64,000 bases of DNA from a virus. The position numbers and the translations under genes are program-made. Each line of letters starts with the position of its first letter. Position 1 is the stretch's first letter. Under the pieces are notes generated by a model, which saw nothing but the letters and a program-made list of their open reading frames with translations, had not been told where the DNA came from and made no database searches. Positions 32,101 through 42,500 of the stretch are shown in pieces. The DNA is taken from positions 32,001 through 96,000 of the IMG/VR virus record IMGVR_UViG_3300042865_000182; one strand, written 5' to 3'.

Positions 32101-33585
32101 GCTGGATACCAAGGTTATCCTAATGAGATGAGTGATGCTCAGTCTAATATGTTATTACAACTTTCTGCAGGATTACCGGATGTTACTCCAGCTGCAGTTA
32201 AAAAAGCTGAGCAAACTCCAGATACACTTTTACAAAATGTAGAAGGAGCAGTAACAGAAAGAACCTACAATGAAGAGACAGATGCGGGAACATATATAGA
32301 TGATTTATCTAAAGATTTCCTTGAAGGTAAAAAACCTAAGTTTGAACCAGAAAAAATAAGTGAAGAAGCTTATGAAAATCTGTTTGGTGAAAATGGTTTA
32401 TTTCAAATCATGAAACAGTGGATGGATACTAATAAGTTAATCATAGTTTCTAGAGGTCTTGTTGTTTATGATAAAGATGCAAATGTTGCCGGGGAGATTG
32501 ACTACTTACTATCTGATGGTAAGAACTTCTATATAGTAGATTTAAAAACCGGTAAAAAAGATAAGTGGGATAAGTATAATGATCCAAAGAGTGAGTACTA
32601 TGGTAGTAAGATATCCAACACATTGCAACAAGCTTCTTATGTAAACTTGTTATATAATATGATTGGTATCAAAGCTATTCCAAAAATATTACCGGTAGAA
32701 TTAGAACTTAACAGAAGTAATGGTAAGATATTAAAAGCATCAAGACCAAGTTCTCCTAATGCTCTTAAAGTTGGTAAGATACTTATTGATTTACCTATTT
32801 CTCCAGAAATACAAGCAAAAATAGATGAGTTGATTCCATTAAGATCCACTCCATCAATAAGCTCAGTGCCTCTTTCTCTAAGTGTATCTAACATTGTAAA
32901 TAAAGCTGAGGGAGAACAAGTAGAGCCTACTGATTATGAAGAAGGTAGTGATGTACCAACAGGAACTCCAACTGATGCTTCTGCAAAAGTTAAAGAGTAT
33001 GAGGATAAAATAAACAAGGCTGAAGATACAGATAAGTTAGACTTTATTGAACTTCAACTTGGTATGAACTCAGTAGACATGACAGCTGATGATATTTTCC
33101 AAGTGCAGCAAATGATAGAACAGAGAAGGAATATACTTCTTTCAGGGGGGAAAGTTGTAACGCAAGAAAAATCTTGGAGTACTGGAAACCAAGTTTATAG
33201 TGAAAGTACTATATTTGTAGACAAAGGTAAGAATAGAGGTGAAGTATTTTTGGAGCCGTTTGAAACAGCAATTATTAGTAGTATTGATCCAGTTAAAGGT
33301 ACAGTCACAATAAAACCTTATGGTAAGAAAAATCAAAAGACAATTTCCATTGATATGTTAAATAAAATGTTTAAATTAAATAGTGACTTGTTTACTGGAG
33401 AAGAAGCACCTGCAGCTGAACCAGCTGGTAAAGATCTTCAAAATTTATCTAAAGAGTCTACTGATGTTGTATCAACATTACTTAATGATACTACAGAACA
33501 GGCTAGATTAGAAAGTGAAGTTTCAGATGAGAGTATTACAGTAGATAAGACAGTTGATGATTTGTTAGATGATTTAGAATGTTAA
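26167..33585 (+). CDS. Giant virion ejection protein with a C-proximal PD-(D/E)XK nuclease-like domain and an internal cassette array
   Basis: 2472 aa; Gly/Ala-rich N-terminal helices; 'AGEIDYLL...IVDLKTG...QQASY'; only Cys is the last residue. Confidence 0.7.
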   Translation: MPENIPLSNRLLSSAGINPYEQQQSNKVEPPPFLQNDISKQLNGNVQKPLTDEEYVAERGMKWLGRSLGRQDRNAQMTPYTYNAGAGSNSFYKTYRAFGQKTFDEVGFSPFKNNDEAFNAQTSFLDRFSRTIVHGFAPLFARGFVSGPKSMARMLQGDFGDDPEDARKYAEAAAIAQDTSGGVGAFFNNSLMNFGYSAAIITEAIAEELALSAMGGIGGAANLPRFFAKLGKAASGVKGFSTVVDTAAGLGKSIKSLTNVNKAREFFNAAKIEAGLETRLGKFANFFNPAENLLETGLDIAKNTKQLKGWQRFNNATFKTAGALYRDVRNINMALSEARLEGGFARNDTFDQLFNDYRSKHNGQLPSEEMRNAMMKEANEASKHSLLANTLLIYASNKITFGNVVNPKSGLSRVISKRVAEVQKMAGRTTIREFTKRTLASGKELLTPKLSTVKGIWATAKKQGVQKAVKGVIGYTKANLMEGAQEVLQEVIADTAKNYHLQAFYSQPVGEYMYTKAQLDAMKEKGFSGILGEAFEKQRSWQGLETFASGFVMGAFASPLNRALPFAQEKYMQIFKNEQYKANKDIIDNYVNRMTKSVNDTFAKNPIEFYNSRIFGLGTQTELANVIDGGDAKSSRDGKDEATIKSITDLIKMDSLNIWTDYMESLKELTTEEYAEAVGISVEEAQGHTEKLDKVINRAKEIEKTYNQYNKKFPNPIDLNDYEKGTKEYEKAEIYHTAWEEGKKNVIFYHENYKDTLTRMQSIFQSIAEEKLLGKIDPNRVQALFKDDKLAGEIQILESEVEGLRGMTDPVSKRKFKETERTLGVLKEYQQDYENFMDHFFESGMVEEVDTEGKVVRTELDNQVINKLESSFKSYMKALAKQSDDIILDDSIDDAFEKLIDYYKLGREANKLSDTVNMLNNPEGFMDHIEKTYDWMYEMWNNREEYIRDNINKQLETLKFNQLLNDMAAVGVYVDLNAFAEFKNTGVIPTEFFDNVNKRVIKKGSPLYEQVANRFQGLAVMQQILEANKPTSEKQKEELARLDAEEAAAIARLPKVSTKLVVRNIDNKEDFSLRVVNDQLSEGQSVDVTYEEDSEQKSAVFYKDANGVLRYDNEQGEPVDLKLSVKFNSGQIFEIQNRPTDEDVAEVKKQYDALRAEAAEKFIDEGIKPFTAEDIAELDAINADTPVEAMPADLKQQLVDAYDDYRERPENKNMFPASLTEEDLQNKFEIFIKSEPEALEIIEKYVKDKKLEAATTPAGEVIVPKITLPNGEVISADEATDAILDATLQRYRMLIAELSSKGDEMTDDERKNLAIYKSKANILSGYIENKRIGEMSPELKAAKAKIDLLLKEQDKIKKLKTGYDVEGEILRRVSNVIEVLKDKKYEYPRMQDIRVIFNMTIGAGGTVSDFMTQLKNAKLPGFSEDTYDALEEDIKEFMTLTSITDQDVLKLQLEGLKEDLKVEEGEFGNPERALEIRNQIAILEKQVKQEAPTTNQADIEAKRAEGTNVRGTTYKGETTEKDGLKVTEYSEFRPDGKRISKGGRIMLPAEFIEEYNITDQDYLDSLEGAAEIRVYQVRVGKDGKSSISIQGTFPEGNVEMEVGGKESIASTTTPVADIEKRTTKIISSETVEKGNKKGETRTVTQTNSVEDLQGTTVSVTEYEAKVGDTTVTLGGRKMTFKEFKEEFPLDEDYEEILGDWPDLNDDTIITVRKVKRTPSSSRFKTVVTIVSPVLGDKMDVIIKQDDAKYDAELDALEGPANQAEINAKKAELNKLKETKENLSHPYDKLTTAAEKANWIEKNTRVVRSAFKTDEEYINYYETNRNKFINAIAQGKSKVDAMLAIDSINVEYYSNPKNEKALNEDYANVLRSYAVPLALTSEQKAYTSTGKIVSLLDGVNIKIDELTKEIAELEKATTAPAVEASVSYEDLVAKSRSEVGVIGPNLSFIFFGNLQNAIKNGQVRSKEELNKIIADWNDSAGYQGYPNEMSDAQSNMLLQLSAGLPDVTPAAVKKAEQTPDTLLQNVEGAVTERTYNEETDAGTYIDDLSKDFLEGKKPKFEPEKISEEAYENLFGENGLFQIMKQWMDTNKLIIVSRGLVVYDKDANVAGEIDYLLSDGKNFYIVDLKTGKKDKWDKYNDPKSEYYGSKISNTLQQASYVNLLYNMIGIKAIPKILPVELELNRSNGKILKASRPSSPNALKVGKILIDLPISPEIQAKIDELIPLRSTPSISSVPLSLSVSNIVNKAEGEQVEPTDYEEGSDVPTGTPTDASAKVKEYEDKINKAEDTDKLDFIELQLGMNSVDMTADDIFQVQQMIEQRRNILLSGGKVVTQEKSWSTGNQVYSESTIFVDKGKNRGEVFLEPFETAIISSIDPVKGTVTIKPYGKKNQKTISIDMLNKMFKLNSDLFTGEEAPAAEPAGKDLQNLSKESTDVVSTLLNDTTEQARLESEVSDESITVDKTVDDLLDDLEC
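30647..31478 (+). repeat. Imperfect 34-nt direct repeat at cassette boundaries (30647-30680 and 31445-31478)
   Basis: ctaatcaagctgacatagaagctaagagagctga vs ctaatcaagctgagataaatgctaagaaagctga, 30/34 identical. Confidence 0.8.
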
Positions 33586-33589
33586 TACT

Positions 33590-36500
33590 ATGAAAATTAC
33601 TTGTGCCTTAAGCCAGAGTCAATCTGAAAAATTATATAAAACCATATACAAATCTTTAACTGAAGCACTAAAAGCTGAAAAACCATTCAGTGCTCAAGAG
33701 TATATGGCTAATCTTTTTGACAAGATTGCAGATAAAAAAGATGAAGATACCGCAGTTAAATTCTTGCAACAAGTCCCATCTATCATAAGAACAATAGCTG
33801 CCAAACCAGCTTTTGATAGCTTAGATATAAAGCTAGATCCTATCAAAGAGTTGAGTCTTAAGTTTAAAGATGAGACTGAAGGTTTTAATGAAGTACAAAA
33901 GTATTTCAAACCACAAGTATCACAAAGAGCTAAGTTAGCTTTAATAAGAGCTAACCAGAATAATGCATTGCTTGCAGAACAAGTAGACCCACCAACTGAA
34001 GTAAAAGATCCGGTGAGACTTAGACCTTTTAGTTCTAATGTGTCTACTATGCAGTTATTAATACCAATTAATCCTAAGGATAAAGACAAGCTTCTTAAAG
34101 AAGAAAATGACCCGGCTAAAAAAAGAATATTTTCTGCAATAGAGACAATCAAGAAAGAAGCTGTATTAAGTGACTCAACTGATGTATTATCACCTATATC
34201 TTTTCAAGGTAAGACATTAAAGTTAAAACCAATTCTATTAACAGAGTTAAGAGAAACACATGAGAATCAAATAGATAAAACTACTTTGTCTGAAGTTATA
34301 AGAGCTGGTGCTATTAAATCACAAGGAACAAATAAAGAAGGTGTTGAAGGATTAAACAGAATAGCACTTGTTATTACAGATGAAAGTGGTAACTATCTAT
34401 ACTTCAATGAAGAAGGTGAAATGGTTACTGAAGAAGAAGGTGGTGGTATTGTATATCAATTTATGCGGGATGTAAGAACTGATAATGGTGTATACAGATT
34501 AACCAATATGTATGGTTCTGAAACTAGTGTTAAGACCCCTGCAGATATTGCAGAACAAATGGGTATCACAGAAGAAGCAGCTAGAAAATTACAACAAGAA
34601 GAGTTCAAAGACTTATATAAAGTTAAAGAAGCTACATTAAAAGGTAACGGCCCGTTGTTATATTTAACTGGTTTGACTCCAGGAGTAAAACAAAGTGCTA
34701 CTCAAAAAAATATTACACTACAGAATTTAAGAAGTCTTCCTTTTGTAACTAATGCAACTTTTAAAACCATAACTCCAAAAATGATTTATGGCACTAAAGA
34801 AATTGCAACAATTACATTAAATGGACAAGAGTATAATTTAGATAGACCTAACTTACCTATTGAGTTTGCTAATGGTGAAAGACAACCGAGCCAATTAATT
34901 AGAAAAATTGCAGCAGCATTAGCAAATCCAAACATATCAAATCAAGAAAAATATGAGTATGTGTCACAATTTTTATCTGATAAAGCATCAGAATATACAA
35001 GAAGACACACACTAAGTTATGATGAAGCTACTGATACTTTAGTTTTTGGGTATAATGAGAAAACATATAAAGAGGGTAGTGGACAGAAATTATCTTTTAT
35101 AAATGAAGAACTAACAGGTAAAGAAAGCATAATAGAAGATGTTCTACTTAATGCTGCTTCAGATGATAGAGGTAACATGTATAGTGCTAAAATGACTTAT
35201 AATGCAAAAGCACTAAATGATAACCGCTACCGGGATTATGACATGGAGACTAATACTATTAGTGATGAGTTTACTCCTTACATACCATTCTTAGAAACAT
35301 TACCAAATTCAAAGGTAAAAATTAGTGAAGAGAATGCTCCAGAGTTTTATAACTCACATATAAACTTCAGCATACCAGATGAGTTTACAAAAGAAATAGA
35401 AGCAGATTTTAAAAATCCAGATCCTATTAATGTTTCAGAAACTCCAGTAGAACCTTTTGAAGACATACAAGCTAAAATAGCTGAAATAGAAACATTAGAA
35501 AAAGAAAAACAAGAACTTTTAAAAACTCAAAAAACTTATAAAGATTTACTCAATCAAAAATGGCCAATATCAAAATACTTAAAAAAACCAGTAGATGGTA
35601 AATTTGATGTAGTTTCTGCTACTACTACTTCAGATTTTAATTTTAAGTTTAAAGAATATGGAAAAGATTACTTTTTTGAGATTGCTTCTGCTGGCTTAAA
35701 TGCTTTTGAATATAAAGTCATAAGTGATAAAATCTCACAAACTACAGCTTTAAGTAATATTGATGAGATTATAAAACCAGTAACTACTGAATTAAATAGT
35801 CCAAAAGATGGTGATAATATAGTAACCATTAAACCAGGTGTTTTAAAAAAAGAAGGTAATGAATATATTGTTGTAACACCTGCTGAAGTTTTATATGTAA
35901 AATCTGAAGAATTAAATGAGCCTGTTGAAAAGGTTGATACAACAGAAATAGATTCTAGAATTGCTAAAGCTAAACAAGAACTAGCTGCTTTAGAACAACC
36001 TGTTGGTGATAAACAAGCTCAGATAGATGAGATAGAAAAAAGGAGAGAAAAAGCATTATTTACTCCTTGGGTATTACAAAAAAATACAACAGATGTTGTT
36101 ATATTAAATAAAAGAGAAAGAGGTAAACAGATTATTGATGCGGCAGTTAAGTCTGGTAATTCTAATCTTATTTTAAAATTAATTGACTTAACATCAGAAG
36201 GTAGAAGTGCAGAAACAATCTCAAAGGAAACTGGTTTTAATGAAGATCAGGTAAGGGAAATAAGAGAATATTTAGGAGCTTTAACACCAGGAGGTTTTGG
36301 TATAAGTGGTGCAGAAACTGAAAATGAACAAGAAGATCTTGAAAGATTTAATGCTTGGAAACAAAGTATAAAAGAGATCAATGCTAAAGCTAAAGAAGAA
36401 CTAGATGCTTTAGAGCAAGCTCCTGTAGAACAAAAATGGGAATGGCCTCCAATTACACAGGATGATTCAATAAACAATGCAACAGCACCAGATAATACAA

Positions 36501-39500
36501 CTGATCCTACTGATGACTTCAGTGATTTTATGTTTAGAAAAGGAGCAGATCTAAATGGAGTTACAGAAGAACAAATAAAAGCTGCTGAAGAATGGTGGAA
36601 TAGCTCTCCACTGTCTAAATACTTAGATTTTAAAACTATGGTAAACATAGTTAACTCTGATGTATATGCTAGATTTATAGGTTATGCTTCTGTTCTTAAT
36701 GGTAAATATGGTGGTATTGAAATAAGTAGAACTGGTAGTATGGTTGATGTTTACCATGAAGCATGGCATGCATTCTCCCAAATATTTTTGACTAAAGAAC
36801 AAAGAGAAAAACTGTATAAAGAGATTGCTAAACAGCCGGGAACATTTACCTTACTAGACGGTACTACAGTAGCTTTTAAAGATGCAAATTATTTGCAACT
36901 AGAAGAGTATTTAGCAGAAGACTTTAGATCTTATGGTATTGATCAATCAACTAAAAAAGGTCAACCTACAAGAAACACTTTGTTTAGAAAAATATTAAAC
37001 TTTATTAGAGACTTATTCTCTTCAAGAAGCACTAAAGATAGATTGTTTAAAGAACTATACTTTGCAAAAAGTAATCCTAAGTTCTTAAAAAAATACTCTC
37101 CAAATATAGACACTACATCTTTTAAACAACTTAACAGAGGTGTAGTAAGTTTAACAGACCCAACTATAGATGCTCTTAATAGACAAGATGCTGAGCTTAT
37201 AAGCAATAGTATTGATTCATATATATCTGAGATTATTGATGCTGCAGCAAATGCAAGAGGTAATAAAAGTGGTAGTATCTCTATGTTACTTGGAGATAAA
37301 AATAAACAAGCTTTCTATACAAGAGTAAGAAAAGACTTTGAAACTAAGTTAGCTAATGCAAGGACAAGTTATGAAGCAATTCAGAATGATCCAGAGAAAG
37401 CTATGGATGCTGCAAAACTGCTTAATAAAATAAGAATATTTCAAGCAGCTTTAGATAATTTTGGTGATGCAAAAGGCGGTCTTGTAAAATATCATTTAGA
37501 AAATACTACATTTAATTTATTAAGACAAAAGTATATTGAAGTTGAAGAAGAAGTTGAAACTGAGACTCCGGTAGAAAACAATGTAGAAGATTCTATTAGT
37601 CAAACTTCTACACCAGAAGAATCTCAACCTGAATCAGTAATAAAAGACAGTAAGATTGGTAAAAAGTCTTTACTTGATTTAGCTAGCAAAGAAACAGTTT
37701 ACATACTTAAGAGTTTGCATAAACTTGAAAATGGTAAACCTGTTTATAATGAGTTAGGTTATAAAGAACTTGCAAACTTTACTCAGTCTTGGAATAATTT
37801 AATGCGTGCTGTTAATGGTGAAAAGAATCCAGAGAAAATTTATGAGAATATAAAACAAGCTGGTCTTGAGGTATATCCTGAATTTAAACAGTTATTAAAC
37901 AGCAAGTTACCAAAACCATCTGAAATTATTAAAGCAGATAATGTTAATGATAAAATTTCTCAAAATAAATTATTGACTAACTTCTGGCAAGATGTACAAA
38001 AAACAAGAGTTACATATTTGCAAACTACAATATTTGAGAATGGTATAGCTGAAGTTACTAAAGCTTCAATTGAAACTGCAAGTCTTGCAAATAAGTTTGA
38101 GGCTAAGTTTAAAGGAGATCTAACAAATGATTATGTTGTAAGATCAACTGAAAACAATATACCAATGCTTAACATGGATAAGATTGTTGAAGACTTTGGT
38201 AAAGATGGTGTTTTAATAACTGATAAATCATTTCAGTTTGCAAGAGCTATAGGCTTATATCTTGATGATTTAAGAATGATCAAGAATGAACTTAAAAAAG
38301 ACCAAAGATCAATCCAGGAGTATGGTCTTCCATATATTTATAAAACAATAAGTGATATAAATAAGGCAAGCAAAAAACAAAACTTAAGTTCAGAAGGTAT
38401 AGAAGCTATCACAGCCTTTAGACTAAATCCTATAAGGGAACTAATGAAAGGTATTCCGGAATCTGTTCTTGGTAAAGAAGTTTCTCAAAAAAATAAGATA
38501 GATAAAATACTAGGTTTACAAGCTAAGTATGGTGTTGACTCTTCAAACTTTGCAGTATTAAATGCAGAAAGAAATCTTGTGTTTGAGCATATTGAAGATC
38601 ACTCAGTAAGTATGATTGTATTTGCTTTGAACAAAGCAACAAATATGAAAGAGTTGTGGACTGAGGGTAGTGAGTTTGAATACTTAAGCTATCTGAATCC
38701 TAAAATTAATTCATTTACTAATAGATCACAGACTATAAATTCTCTTTTTGATATTGCATCAGACATGGAAAAAAGAGTTGGCAGATCATTGCAGTTGTTT
38801 GTAAACTCTGGTACTCAGTTAGAAAATGGTGATGGAACTAACACAACTTCATTAGACGCTCATGGTAAGTTCTTGCAAGAGCTACACAGCATGCTTAAAG
38901 GTGGTGTACAAGAATTTATGAGACATGCCTCTAAGTCTTCATCATTTGGAGCTAGAGTAGAAGGTGGTGTTATAGGTGGTGTTGGTAAAGGTTCTGATAC
39001 TAGACTTTGGGTTGACTTAGATAAGTTTGCATTAGGAACAGCAAACAACTATCTTACTAAAACTCATATGATACCTTATATAGCTGCAGAGCTAGAAAGA
39101 ATCAATAAGTTTAAAAGTAATAAAGATCTGTTTAAAAAGTATGCTGGGTATAACAGACCTATGCCTGATGGTACTATGGCCGGTGAAAACTTTACAGCAT
39201 TTGATAATGTACTCACTAAAGAAACAAAGGATGAGATACTTGAGAAAGTAACTGATCCTAATATGAGATTAGAAGACTATCTTAAAACAGATCCTGAACT
39301 TGCAAAGAAAATAGCAAATGATGTAGATGCTTATTTTGAATTTCAAACAAATGATCTTTTAGACTTTTATGAGGAAGCTGAATACATGAGCCCAGATCTT
39401 TTAGAAAGATTAAGATTGTTTAATTTATCGGAAGATGAAGCTACCAAAGTATTAATGAAAGCTTATGCAGTAAATGCATGGGTGCATAATTTTGAAATGG

Positions 39501-42500
39501 GTAATTTATTTTATGGAGATTTGGTTCAGTATAATCATGAGAAAGAAGAACTTCATAAAAGAAATACAGGGTCAACTTCTGGCGGTTTAAAATTCAGAAC
39601 AGATGCTGCTATAAAAGCACTACTTACTGATATAAATAGTAAGGTGTCATATGCTGCTACATTACCTGGTATGGAAACACTTACATACACTGGTAAATTT
39701 AATACTGCAATTCTTCAGGATATAGAAAGAAACTCTGTATATGTTAAGCAAATAGAAGAAGCTTTAAGAAAAGACTATGAAGAAAGATTTGCTAACAGCA
39801 AAATGCCTAAAGATAAAATACAAGCAGAAATTGATAGAAGAGTTCAAAAAGAAGTTGCCAAGTATAAGGGAATGGAGGAAGGAGATGGACAAGGTTGGAT
39901 TACTTTTGATGCATATAGGTCACTTAAAATGGCATCAGGTCAATGGAGTGATGTACAAGAAGAGCTTTTCAAAAAAGTAATAAATAATGAGCCTGTAAAA
40001 GCATCAGATATTGTAGAGATGTTTCCTGCATATAAGCTTCAAAACTATGGTCACTTAGCAGATACAGCTTTACCAGTAATGGCTATGCATAAATTTGCAT
40101 TAGCTCCTATGATACCAACAATGATAAAAGGATCTGACTTGGAAAATCTTCACATGCAAATGATGAAGAATAATATACAGTATGTTACATTCCAAACAGG
40201 TTCTAAAGTAGGTAGTGTTACTTCAGAAGTTAATAGTAAAGGTAAAGCAGTTGCTGATAAAATTTATGCAGATGAAGGACAAAAGTCTTTATTAAGCAGT
40301 ATTAAGTTTACTCCTAATACTATATATCTTGAGTATCTTAAAGATGTAACTCAAGTTCCGACATCTTTCAAAGGTAAAACAGTATTTGCAACTCAGTTAA
40401 GAAAGCTTATTCTAAGCAACCTATATGACCGTGGAATTCTAGATAAACATTCAGGTCTAGTAAAAGACTATGAAAATACAGTAGATGAATATGGTAATCT
40501 ACTAAAAATGGAGTTACTCAATGATATAGGCTATGAATATAAAGATGGCAAATACATTGGTAACTTTACTGAATTTTTAAAAGTTATACAAGCTGAATTA
40601 AATAGAAGGGATCTACCTGAACATCATGTTGAGTTTGTTAATGCAAATCCAGATAACTCATTAAAGACAGATTTATCCTTACATCTTAAATCAGATGATA
40701 TAGAAAAGATTCTTGTAGCTTTAATGGAGAAAAGACTTGTTAGACAAAAGATTAAAGGTGAAGCTTTAGTTCAAGTATCTAGTGCTATGACCAATGGGTT
40801 ATGGGACAATCAAGTTAAGTTTGATAAAGCAAATGAAGATGAGGTAAGAAAATTCATGGGTAGTAATAACTTACCTTTTTACAATCCTACAGCAGATGGT
40901 ACATCAGCAATGAAAGTTGCTATTGCTTTACAAGGTGATTTTGTAAACTTATTAAATGCAAAACATAATGATGGTGAACCAATAGGTACAAGAGAGAGAC
41001 TTAATGAGATGATTAAGGATGATAAATGGATGGCAGAAAATGGTAAATCTGTTAGTTTATCAGCTGTAAGGATTCCAGTACAAGGTCTTAACTCTATGGA
41101 GTACATGCAAGTGTGGGAGTTCCTAGATCCAGCAGCAGGTAATATTATCATACCTCCATCTGAGATTGTAGCTAAATCTGGAGCTGACTTTGACGTTGAT
41201 AAACTTACTACATTTATGCCAGCTATTTCTAAAGATGGTAAGTTTATAGAATCTGAGCTTGATAATGAAGCTATCAAAAGATTGATATCAGATAATAAAG
41301 AAACTCCTGAAGGGAAAGCTATGATATCAAGAGTTATAAGTCAACAAAAAGCAGCTCTTGAGAATAAGCTAATCACAAGCATAAATAATATTCTTAGACT
41401 TCCAGAAAACTATGCGGCATTAGTAAGACCAAATGATACTTACTTACTTAAGGATGATGTAGCTGATGTACTTGAAGATAAAGTTACAGACTACAACAGA
41501 TTTAATAATTATCATGGTGAGCCTCAAAGACCGGGAGCAAAAGCAAAAAGATCTATAAGTCCAACAAGAACTTTAGAACCATTGTATAATTTACATAAGC
41601 ATGATGCAAACATGATTGGTAAAGCTGTTCTTGGTCTTGTTGCTATTTATAATGCATTACATCCAATATATAATTCACTTGATGCTAAAATGCCAAAACA
41701 GTATTTAGATACTTATTATGATAAAGGTTTAGGTAAATATGTAGAAGGAAAGAATCCAATATCCTCAAGAATGTTTATGCCTCATAATAAAACTGCAGAA
41801 GGTAACATATCTTTATCTGATATTTATACTGCAGATGGTGTAGACTTAATTTCAGATTTATACTCTCAGTTGATTAATGGTGCTGTGGATGTTGAAAAAG
41901 ATGCATGGATCTTCTTTATTCAAGGTAACATGGAGTTAGCTCCTATGCTTTTGACAATGTTTAAGGCCGGAGTTCCAAGAGAATATGCAATCAAGTTCTT
42001 ATCACAACCAATGATTAGAGAATATGCTAAAGAGTTAAGACTACTTGGTGGCTCATATGCAGATCTTGTTGCAGATCCACTTGAGGATACTAAAACAGGT
42101 AAAAATAAAAGAGCTGCAATCAGTGTATTAGAAAGATTTGGTGTTATAAATGCACCATCTTATCTAAAATCAGATCTTAAAACTCATATGGCATTATCTG
42201 CACTTACAAAAAAATCTGGTGTTTTAAATGAAGAGGGTCAATTTGATGTGGCTTTATTAGATAAAATGTTAGAAGAAGATGTGAGTACTGATACATATAA
42301 AAATCAACAGCTTGCTGTATTTTTACATTTTCTTGAAATGCAGAATCAGTTCTCTGGCTTCCAAGATTTATTAAGACTTTCAAATCCAGACACTACAACT
42401 TCTAAGACTACACAAGAGATATTACTAAGAAAGACTTTGCTTAATGATATAATGAAGAACTCTAAAGTAGATCCTTCACTAGTTTCAAAACTTACAAATG

